Of a stretch of 32,562 nt of DNA, positions 8,782 through 16,270 are shown one piece after another. Every line of letters begins with the position of its first letter. Within the stretch, counting starts at the first letter, position 1. The position numbers and the translations under genes are program-made. Source of the stretch: Spirochaetota bacterium (GTDB lineage: Bacteria > Spirochaetota > UBA4802 > JAFGJZ01); the NCBI GenBank assembly GCA_023396665.1, contig JAEWVL010000071.1:1-32562 (forward strand). The letters are read 5' to 3'. Below the pieces are notes generated by a model. The model saw nothing but the letters and a program-made list of their open reading frames with translations, did no database searches and had not been told where the DNA came from.

Positions 8782-11689
8782 TGTTGATCTGCCGCAAGCC
8801 GCGGCGCATCCCCTTGTTTGGCTGCTCGTCAGCGCTCTTCCTGCCGTAATACTTCTGTTCGTAAATGGCAGCATGTTCCCGCTTATTGAATCGGCTCTTG
8901 ACAAGAAGGGAAAAATCTTATTGGCTGTTTATTTCGTTCTGATAGCGCTGCAATTTTTTTATGCCTGTATAACGGGGGCTGCAGCGCTAATCAGAAAAAA
9001 ACGGATACACTTGCTTTTCGTAGTGCCCTCGTTTCTGTTAGTGCTGGCTTACCTGATCGTTTTTATATATCATATCGATAAAATCTGTTTGCCCTGGCAG
9101 CATTCATGGGTAGTCAACATGCAGGCGCTGCTGTACTTTCAGTTTGTGTTCCTGCTGCCGGTGATATTTTACGCACTCGTTCGCTTTGCCGTTTTCCCCC
9201 TCCCTTTGCGTTTTAAACATGATGTAATCGCCTCGGCTCTGTCCGTATTCATTTTTCCCTTATGCTGGTATCTCGGTTTCAAAATTATCGTTTCCGTCAG
9301 TGTTTTCAGAATTTCCGCGCTTGTTTCTTTAATCTTTGTCTTTATCTCTCTTGCAATGACCTTGTTGCTTTTTCTCATACTCATCCGTCTTCTCCTGTTC
9401 GTAACGACACGCCTTGGCAATCCCCCCCTTCCTCTTAAAATTTCAGTCGCATGTCTTGTCGGGCTTTTGCTTCCGATCGGGGGGCTCGTTCTGAACCGTT
9501 ATATCCCTTTTCCGGCAAATCTTCAGCGTTACTCGATTTACATCTGGACGGTCGTGAACGGTCTGCTTCTCGTCGCTCCCGAATGTAAAAACAAGGGGCT
9601 TAATACACTTTTGTATTATCTCAGAGTCGCATCCTATCCCTTTGTTCTGTATTTCTTCGTACTCTTTCTTCCTTTCCTGCCGCTTTCCATTCCCGCTCTT
9701 GTATTTTTCGGCGGCGGATTTCTGATTTTGACACCGACAATACTTTTTTTCCTTTATACCAAAAGGCTGCTTGGTGAATACAGGCAGCGGCAGTCCTTTC
9801 GGAAAAAAGCGGCAAGTTTCGGCTCATTCGTATCCATACCCCTGATAATTGCCGTTCTGGCACTTGGTGATCGCATTATCATCAATCATGCGCTTGATCA
9901 TGCCTTCACGCCATCCTATGCTGACGCCAAACAGTTTTCTGCGCCGCCAAGCCTTATTCGTCATGCCCTTTCCCATCAGTTCGATTTGCAAAACGATCGC
10001 GAAATTCCCTTTATATCTGCTTTTTACAATAAAATTGTGTATGACAATTTGGTATTGAGTACATCAAAGCGTGTTTTTCTCGAGAAGCTTTATCAGGGAG
10101 AAATCAGTGAAGAAAAATCACTGCTTCCGGGTGACGTATTTTTTGAGGAGGCCAATATTTTTACCCGTTCAAGATTTCCGTCCGAAGGCCCCAAAAGACC
10201 GTTTCAGATGTCGACCGATGTGCTTATAAGCGCAATGAGCCATTCGCTGCAAACATCGAAAGAATTGCATTCGGTGACGATCCGGCTTCATATTGAGAAC
10301 AGGGGAGAGCGGTCTGTCGATGAATTCCGCACACTCATCAAAATACCCGTCCATGCTGCGTTAACAGCATTCTCGCTGAAAATAGACGGCGTTGACGTTC
10401 CCGGCCGGATATTTGAAAAGAAGACGGCTCTTTTTGTCTATGATTCAATCGTATCGACAAAACGTGACCCTGCCATCGTCTATCATCTTTCGCCCGATAC
10501 CTTGGCACTTCGTGTTTTTCCCGTATCGGATAAAGAACCGAGAGAATGTACATTGACACTGACCTTTCCCGTACACTGCGGTGTCGATACGACAGTTGAG
10601 ATCGGCGCTAAGCAGCTTACAATCGCACATGACGATTCCATAGTTCCTGTGAAATTCGCAATGGGTGAAAGATCCTTTACGATTATTCCACCGGGAATCT
10701 GCAGTCCGCTTGAAACTCCGATTCGCCGTCCCTGTGTCTATTTCGTCATTGACCGTTCAATTCACGGTCCCGATAACTACCTCTCCTTGATTCGCAGTGC
10801 TTCAAAACGTCTGCCTGAGGGGCTGCAGTATCGTTACTTTTGTGCAAATTATAATACTTATCAGCTTTCGAATATGCAGAACAATGCTGACGCTACTTCT
10901 GAACAGTCAGTGCGTCTCCCCCGAAAAAGGGGCGGTTTTAATGCGGAAGCCGCCTTGCGCCGTATTGTCAATGTCTCGCTCGATGCAGATCAGCGTGGTA
11001 CTTATCCCTTGATTGTTTTTGTAACATCCGATGAGAGCGAGCCGCTTTTTGCGACTCCCGAATTGTCCGCCTACTTCGAAGACCTTATTCCGGAAGGTCT
11101 TCAGGTGTATCGGGTCAGCGATACGAAATTCGAGAGTCTCGATCTCGCTCCGGGACACTATAGGCCCGCCGCTGCAGTTGTTCCGGCTCTGACGGTTGAA
11201 GATTCTGATGATGCGGATACAAGGGCTCAAGCCCGGATACAGGTGCTGATGCCCTATAATGACAATCGTGCGTATAGGATTTCACAACGTGCCCCGCTTG
11301 TGTTGTACAAAGATCCTGATACGTCCTTACTCAAAGATGCCGGTGTTTTCAGCGTTGCAGCGGACGGGGCCTATTTCGAGGCCATGCTTGCAAAGGAAGA
11401 GCATTTTAACTGGCTGAATACACACAGGGAATCATACAAAAAATCACTGCTCAAACGATCGAAAGAACTGGGCTATCTCACTCCTCTGACTGCGTTTATC
11501 GTTGTCGAGGATGCCATTCAATGGAAGGCTCTCGAAGAGAAGGAGAAGCAGATTTCAAAATCGCATGACGCGCTGGATCACAGCGACACACCAGAACCCG
11601 GATCGCTGTTATTGCTTCTCTTTGCTGTTTGTGTTTTTATCGGTGAAACGATACGCAGGCAAAAAAAACGAAAAGGGCACAAGCGGTGA
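8759..11689 (+). CDS. Polytopic membrane protein with VIT-like and vWA-like domains and a C-terminal PEP-CTERM sorting signal (putative dedicated exosortase substrate)
   Basis: The probable ATG at 8759 (MKQKWNRN) lies within the 1028-aa ORF. About 12 TM helices span the first ~440 aa. A VIT-like segment lies at roughly 10271-10575 (EKKTALFVYDSIV). A vWA-like strand VYFVIDRSIHG lies at 10751-10765. The C-terminus reads DTPEPGSLLLLLFAVCVFIGETIRRQKKRKGHKR (PEP at 11591-11599). Confidence 0.75.
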   Translation: MKQKWNRNVDLPQAAAHPLVWLLVSALPAVILLFVNGSMFPLIESALDKKGKILLAVYFVLIALQFFYACITGAAALIRKKRIHLLFVVPSFLLVLAYLIVFIYHIDKICLPWQHSWVVNMQALLYFQFVFLLPVIFYALVRFAVFPLPLRFKHDVIASALSVFIFPLCWYLGFKIIVSVSVFRISALVSLIFVFISLAMTLLLFLILIRLLLFVTTRLGNPPLPLKISVACLVGLLLPIGGLVLNRYIPFPANLQRYSIYIWTVVNGLLLVAPECKNKGLNTLLYYLRVASYPFVLYFFVLFLPFLPLSIPALVFFGGGFLILTPTILFFLYTKRLLGEYRQRQSFRKKAASFGSFVSIPLIIAVLALGDRIIINHALDHAFTPSYADAKQFSAPPSLIRHALSHQFDLQNDREIPFISAFYNKIVYDNLVLSTSKRVFLEKLYQGEISEEKSLLPGDVFFEEANIFTRSRFPSEGPKRPFQMSTDVLISAMSHSLQTSKELHSVTIRLHIENRGERSVDEFRTLIKIPVHAALTAFSLKIDGVDVPGRIFEKKTALFVYDSIVSTKRDPAIVYHLSPDTLALRVFPVSDKEPRECTLTLTFPVHCGVDTTVEIGAKQLTIAHDDSIVPVKFAMGERSFTIIPPGICSPLETPIRRPCVYFVIDRSIHGPDNYLSLIRSASKRLPEGLQYRYFCANYNTYQLSNMQNNADATSEQSVRLPRKRGGFNAEAALRRIVNVSLDADQRGTYPLIVFVTSDESEPLFATPELSAYFEDLIPEGLQVYRVSDTKFESLDLAPGHYRPAAAVVPALTVEDSDDADTRAQARIQVLMPYNDNRAYRISQRAPLVLYKDPDTSLLKDAGVFSVAADGAYFEAMLAKEEHFNWLNTHRESYKKSLLKRSKELGYLTPLTAFIVVEDAIQWKALEEKEKQISKSHDALDHSDTPEPGSLLLLLFAVCVFIGETIRRQKKRKGHKR

Positions 11690-12498
11690 TTGACTTTTCA
11701 CTAAGTCCGCTTACAGAGGGGGATCTTCCCTTGCTGGCTCACTTGCAGCCGGCCGATTGGTCTGACATCACAGCAATGCACCGCTTTTATCTTTCATCTC
11801 AATTCGCCCATCCCTATAAAGTTATCGTCGGGGGCAACATCGCCGGTATCGGCAGTGCCCTCATTCTCTCGGGTACGGCCTGGCTTGCTCATATCATCGT
11901 CGCCGAAGAGTTCCGTAACAGGGGGATAGGCGCTTTCATAAGCGCATCGCTCAGAGATATCGCCCTTGAAAAGTTCAACTGTAAAACAGTGTCGTTGATT
12001 GCATCCGATATGGGGCTTCCCGTGTATAAAAAACAGGGCTTTGTTGTACAGGGAGAGTACAATGTATACACTACAAGCGCCGGACAGCCGCACTTCCCCC
12101 CGAGTGAGCATGTCATTCCCGCAGATGAGGAGCATCTGTCCGGAATACTGTCTCTTGACAGGATGATTTCCGGTGAAGATCGTCAGGCCGTGATTCGGCA
12201 GCACCTGGACGGTGCATATGTTTATGAAGAATCCGGCAGACTGACAGGAGCCTATCTGACAAATCTCGGAGAGGGCTTGATTATCGCTAATGACAAAACA
12301 TCGGGTATCGAACTTCTGAAACGCAAGGTGTCCGAATGCGACAGGCTTACTCTTCCAGCGGAAAATACTGATGCCGGGTGTTTTCTGCGCGAGGCCGGTT
12401 TTACCAAATTGCGAAGTGTCACTCGAATGTTTTATGGTGACGCGTTTCAATGGGAGCCCCGGTCTCTATTCAGCAGGTTGGGCGGCTATCTTGGGTAA
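11686..12498 (+). CDS. GNAT-family N-acetyltransferase with a C-terminal extension
   Basis: 270 aa. Acetyl-CoA motif A in IIVAEEFRNRGIGAFISASL. The GTG start overlaps the upstream stop (GTGA). Confidence 0.72.
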   Translation: MIDFSLSPLTEGDLPLLAHLQPADWSDITAMHRFYLSSQFAHPYKVIVGGNIAGIGSALILSGTAWLAHIIVAEEFRNRGIGAFISASLRDIALEKFNCKTVSLIASDMGLPVYKKQGFVVQGEYNVYTTSAGQPHFPPSEHVIPADEEHLSGILSLDRMISGEDRQAVIRQHLDGAYVYEESGRLTGAYLTNLGEGLIIANDKTSGIELLKRKVSECDRLTLPAENTDAGCFLREAGFTKLRSVTRMFYGDAFQWEPRSLFSRLGGYLG

Positions 12499-12556
12499 GC
12501 GTTTGACAAATGCCTGGTTCCGGATACTGTCATTTCTGAAGCAAAGGGGGGATATC

Positions 12557-13480
12557 TTGCAAACTAATCACTATGTGTATAGAAGGGTTCATGTCTTTTT
12601 TCTGATGCTGATTGTACTACTCGCTGCGCTTTCCTGTGACAACGGCAGTCATGGCGGTTCATATCCCTCTTTTAGCGATGAAAGCGAAGTTGTTATCAGA
12701 AATTATGCGGGTGATGCGATGGAACCTTTCATCTGCAGCGACGGCAAAACGCTATTTTTCAATTCGCTTAACGATGCGGTGAATACCTCCATCTATTATG
12801 CGACCGGTTCTGACGGCATCGTCTTCGATTGCGGGGGACCGCTTGACGGGGTCAATGAACTTGCTCCCCATCTTGATGCGGTTGCCAGTATCGATGATGG
12901 CGGGAAATTCTATTGTATTTCCACACGTAATTATACAAACTCATATCGTACGGTGTATTGCGGTACCTACTCGAATGCGGCCGTGACTGATCTCAAAGCA
13001 CTTTCAGGCGATTTTTATATCGAGGAGGCATCGTGGATTGTCATGGACGCGGAGATAAGCCGGGATGGAAAGACCCTCTTCTTTGTGAACGCAAAGTTTG
13101 TTGACAATGTTCTGGTGCGGTCTTTTCTCGGTATTGCCGAATATGATGAGGGATCTGAATCGTTTCTTAAGCGCAATGATTCTGACGAGATGTTACAGGT
13201 GGTCAACGACAGCGACTATCTGGTCTATGCTCCCTCGCTTTCTGCGGATGGAACCGAACTTTACTTTACAAGAGTCGCAGCCGATCTGAGTTCTTCAGAG
13301 ATATGTGTTGCACACAGAAAAAACAACGCTTCAGTTTTCGAAGTACCGCGAAAAATCGGGATTTCAGGATATATGGCCGAAGCGGTAAGCATAAGCGCAT
13401 CGGGTGATCGGATATACTATCACAAGAAAAACAGTCCCGAAGAAAAATGGCGTATATTCAGCATGAAGGTGAGCAGGTGA
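12557..13480 (+). CDS. Lipoprotein with TolB-like PD40 beta-propeller repeats
   Basis: Signal peptide plus lipobox (RRVHVFFLMLIVLLAALSC). Repeated PD40-type motifs: SDGKTLFFNS, SRDGKTLFFV, SADGTELYFTR, SASGDRIYYH. Start is the TTG at 12557 (GGGGGG RBS 6 nt upstream) or the GTG at 12575. The 12371 ORF start is rejected. Confidence 0.62.
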   Translation: MQTNHYVYRRVHVFFLMLIVLLAALSCDNGSHGGSYPSFSDESEVVIRNYAGDAMEPFICSDGKTLFFNSLNDAVNTSIYYATGSDGIVFDCGGPLDGVNELAPHLDAVASIDDGGKFYCISTRNYTNSYRTVYCGTYSNAAVTDLKALSGDFYIEEASWIVMDAEISRDGKTLFFVNAKFVDNVLVRSFLGIAEYDEGSESFLKRNDSDEMLQVVNDSDYLVYAPSLSADGTELYFTRVAADLSSSEICVAHRKNNASVFEVPRKIGISGYMAEAVSISASGDRIYYHKKNSPEEKWRIFSMKVSR

Positions 13481-13544
13481 ACGGGACAAAAAAGACTTGC
13501 TTCATTGCAGACAAAACCGATCAATTCAGCCTGTAGAGGATACT

Positions 13545-14372
13545 ATGTTTATTTATAGAAGCAAAAAAACTAATGCGCGTTTCCCCTGGACAGCCGGAGC
13601 TGTTAGCGCACTGATGCTGTCTTTGTCGCTGACGATGGGCGGCTGTGTCAGTACCGGCAGCAATACGTCCCCTCACCTTGACGAAACGAAGGCGCAGGCA
13701 GCCGCGGTTATTTCCCGGATCAACGAGATCAATGCCGCTTTGCCGTCGACAATTCGCTGTAATGTTAGCGTTTCGGGAATGATGGAGAAACGCCCCTTCA
13801 AAGCCGACGGAAAGGCGTCTATGAGCCGTGAACCGCAACGTGCCCGAATACAGCTGCGGGATCCGATATTTCTTGCACCGGCGCTTGAGATATATGCCGA
13901 CAGTTCACTGATAAAGTTCTACTTTCCGGTTGAACGCGTTGCGCGCATAACCCGTGGTAATTTCACCGATCTGTCGCTCTCCGGTCGGGGTGAGACGCGA
14001 TTTCTCATCGCCTGGATGTTTTCGGGAGAGATTCCCCTGATAAAAAATTTTTCGGTGAGAACCGTGAGCGAAGAGGGTGAGGCCCTTATCCTTGTGATCG
14101 AGAATGACAGTGTTGAACAGCATATCGTAATGAAGAAGGGAAATCCCTATGAAATAACCCTGCTGAACAAGGTGTCCGGTCTGCATTACCGCGTCCGGTA
14201 TGGGCAGCTTTACACGAGCGGTGAGAGAATGTTTTTCAGAAATATACACGCATGGTCGAGGACAACCGGTGATCGTGTGAACGTCTATTACTCTGATCTG
14301 CGTTTTGACAGGCAAATCAAAGCATCGGATTTCTCTCTGGATATCCCCCCCGATGTGACGCTGATTCGCTGA
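13545..14372 (+). CDS. Putative lipoprotein of unknown function
   Basis: The ATG at 13545 gives MFIYRSKKTNARFPWTAGAVSALMLSLSLTMGGC (signal peptide plus lipobox). No catalytic motif recognised. A LolA/LolB-like fold is only a guess. Confidence 0.45.
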   Translation: MFIYRSKKTNARFPWTAGAVSALMLSLSLTMGGCVSTGSNTSPHLDETKAQAAAVISRINEINAALPSTIRCNVSVSGMMEKRPFKADGKASMSREPQRARIQLRDPIFLAPALEIYADSSLIKFYFPVERVARITRGNFTDLSLSGRGETRFLIAWMFSGEIPLIKNFSVRTVSEEGEALILVIENDSVEQHIVMKKGNPYEITLLNKVSGLHYRVRYGQLYTSGERMFFRNIHAWSRTTGDRVNVYYSDLRFDRQIKASDFSLDIPPDVTLIR

Positions 14373-14468
14373 ACAGGGGTCGGAGTCTCTTTTCAACTTG
14401 CAAAAATACAGGGGCTTGTCCGCTGTCGCTTGTTACTCAGTGTATGAGCGCCGGCAGAAATTATGAAT

Positions 14469-14852
14469 TCATTTATGCAATTTGATAATCATCTGTACTG
14501 TGATATATCCGGCGAGTACCATGCCCAGTCCCAGCAAGTTGCTGGCAAGAAGGTTCAGTAGTGCCAGGCGAATTTCCCTTCCTTTCAGCAGATGAAAACT
14601 CTCGAGGCAAAATGTAGAAAAGGTGGTAAAGCCCCCCAGAAAACCGGTAAAGATGAACAATCGCAATTCCGGCGAAATAATCCACCTTTCAAAAAAAGCG
14701 GAAAGCAGACCGATCAGAAAACAACCCGTCAGATTGACCGCCAGTGTCCCGAAGGGAAAAAAATCCGGGCTTAGTGAGCAAACCCCCCTGGAAAGAAGGT
14801 AGCGCGCCAGACCGCCGGTACCGCTTCCGATAAGAATGCAGAGATATTTCAT
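14469..14852 (-). CDS. crcB: Fluoride ion channel CrcB/FluC
   Basis: 127 aa starting at MKYLCILIGSGTGGLARYL, with FPFGTLAVNLTGCFLIG and GFLGGFTTFSTF. This is the C-terminal part of the 296-aa ORF. A GGTGGTG RBS lies 8 nt upstream of the ATG (14850-14852). Confidence 0.9.
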   Translation of the reverse strand: MKYLCILIGSGTGGLARYLLSRGVCSLSPDFFPFGTLAVNLTGCFLIGLLSAFFERWIISPELRLFIFTGFLGGFTTFSTFCLESFHLLKGREIRLALLNLLASNLLGLGMVLAGYITVQMIIKLHK

Positions 14853-15015
14853 AATCACACCACCGGCATAAAATGTCGGAGCGTCAGCTCCTTGCTGCAT
14901 CACTGTTGAGTGCTGATCTGATTTTGTCCATAATTTCACGCAAAAAATGCAGATTACAGCTGTCTTTCGGTTTTCAGGATATGAGATTTCGCCGGTTTTA
15001 GGTAAAAATGTCTTA

Positions 15016-15549
15016 TTAATAGAAGAGAATCGCGAGATCAAGAATGACTGCGTCGAGCAGTTCCTTAATCTCCTCGTCATCGGGAAATGAGCGGGAAAGC
15101 TCCAGGCATTTCGTATACGCGATGAATATATCGCCGGTTTCACGATAAAGATTGATGATGTTGATGCGCGCTTCGATGAGATCGGGCTCGTATTCGAGTG
15201 CTTTGCGATACAGTTCGAGAGCTTCTTCAAGAAGATCTTTTTCCCAGCAGATAGAGGCTTTGTTCGCCAGAGTGACAGAATCATCGGGGTAGGCTTCGAG
15301 CGCACGGTCGATAATGTATTCGGCGTCTTCGATGTTTCCCATTTCAAAAAGGCAGACACCGAGACCGTTCATTGCTTCAGCCGATTCATTGTCGTATGAA
15401 AGAAGGGTGAGGAACATCTGCGCCGCGCCAACCCAGGCCTCATTGTCCATATTCTCATAGGCAAGGTCAAACAGATGGTCTATTTCTTTTTCAAGGTCTG
15501 AGATCCCGTTAATCACAAGAAGCTCATCAAGTCGTTTCTTTTGGATCAT
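15016..15549 (-). CDS. Tetratricopeptide (TPR) repeat protein
   Basis: 177 aa, acidic, with three to four TPR-like units (AAQMFLTLLSYDNESAEAMNGLGVCLFEMGNIEDAEYIIDRALEAYPD, LEEALELYRKALEYEPD). Confidence 0.8.
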   Translation of the reverse strand: MIQKKRLDELLVINGISDLEKEIDHLFDLAYENMDNEAWVGAAQMFLTLLSYDNESAEAMNGLGVCLFEMGNIEDAEYIIDRALEAYPDDSVTLANKASICWEKDLLEEALELYRKALEYEPDLIEARINIINLYRETGDIFIAYTKCLELSRSFPDDEEIKELLDAVILDLAILFY

Positions 15550-15882
15550 CGTTTCCTTTTTGTTGCCGTTTTTTTAATAGCTTTTCACAAATCATCGCAA
15601 AAACCGGCCTTGCACTTCAAAAAGACTGCACCGACGATTAAAACAATCATGAACAAAAACGGCTTTCGGTTCTAAAAACAAACCCGCAATTACAATATGT
15701 CGTATTGCGAAATTGTCAATACGATTTTATCTTTTCGCTCTGCGTTGAAAATAGCGTCCAAAAAGTTATTGTCACGTTTTTTTTGAGTTTTTAAGCGATT
15801 TGGTATAAAAAGACAGCGGAACCGGGCAGTTGGCGCATTGAGCGGGGAGAAAAGCGTGAATCGGTACTTTGACTTAACGGGT

Positions 15883-16137
15883 CTAATTGAGCAGTTTCGA
15901 GATATGGCTGTAGTCATCCGCATTGATCTTTCCGCTGTATTTCCCCTCGACGACAAGTGAATCGAAATTTTCAACATCAAGACCGAGTTCTCTGGCGGAA
16001 TCCATGTAAAACGACAGAACTTTTTTAAAACGTTGTACCGCTTCGTTTCGGGAAGCGCCGTAGCAGCTGATTTCGAGATCCTGGCATGTGGCAACAAACT
16101 TGTCATTTTTCCTGATAAGCTGAACCGATACTTTCAT
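15883..16137 (-). CDS. HicB-like (UPF0150) antitoxin-fold protein with no adjacent HicA
   Basis: 84 aa. KFVATCQDLEISCYGASRNEAVQRFKKVLSFYMD matches the HicB N-terminal pattern (yvA.vPeLpGc.sqG.t.eEA..n..eai). Confidence 0.5.
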   Translation of the reverse strand: MKVSVQLIRKNDKFVATCQDLEISCYGASRNEAVQRFKKVLSFYMDSARELGLDVENFDSLVVEGKYSGKINADDYSHISKLLN

Positions 16138-16270
16138 CTGTATCCCCGGTAAATAGGCGAATTGAACTGTCTGTGTATAGTATCGGTTGAGGGCGGCAAT
16201 AGCTTAATAAACGCAGTCTCTTGTGTTTTTTTTATGGCGGGGGGATACCGGTTTTCCCGGAGACGGATTC

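Noticed and set aside
11794-12450. 218-aa antisense ORF inside the GNAT gene; similar long antisense ORFs at 13905-14396, 25887-26465, 26966-27841, 29996-30784 and 30852-31367
   Set aside because: All lie antisense to genes with clear family motifs, and none shows motifs of its own.
12371-12556. Upstream extension of the PD40 lipoprotein ORF into the GNAT gene
   Set aside because: It overlaps the GNAT 3' end. The TTG at 12557 or GTG at 12575 gives a canonical lipoprotein signal peptide and has a G-rich RBS.
14853-15015. Possible fluoride riboswitch (crcB motif) upstream of crcB
   Set aside because: I reverse-complemented the 163-nt spacer. There is only a GGAGC-UGAC-GCUCC hairpin, with no GGCGAUG...AAAC.GCC...CUGAUG-type core or pseudoknot partner. 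An Infernal scan with RF01734 would settle it.
14853-15359. N-terminal 169 codons of the 296-aa minus-strand ORF that ends as crcB
   Set aside because: This part overlaps the TPR gene in another frame and is low-complexity. CrcB proteins are about 120-130 aa, and MKYL at 14852 has a good RBS.
15690-16106. 138-aa ORF overlapping the HicB-like gene; also considered as a source of a HicA partner
   Set aside because: It is in a different frame across the HicB-like gene. Its non-overlapping tail does not resemble HicA (no dsRBD-like GSH motif).
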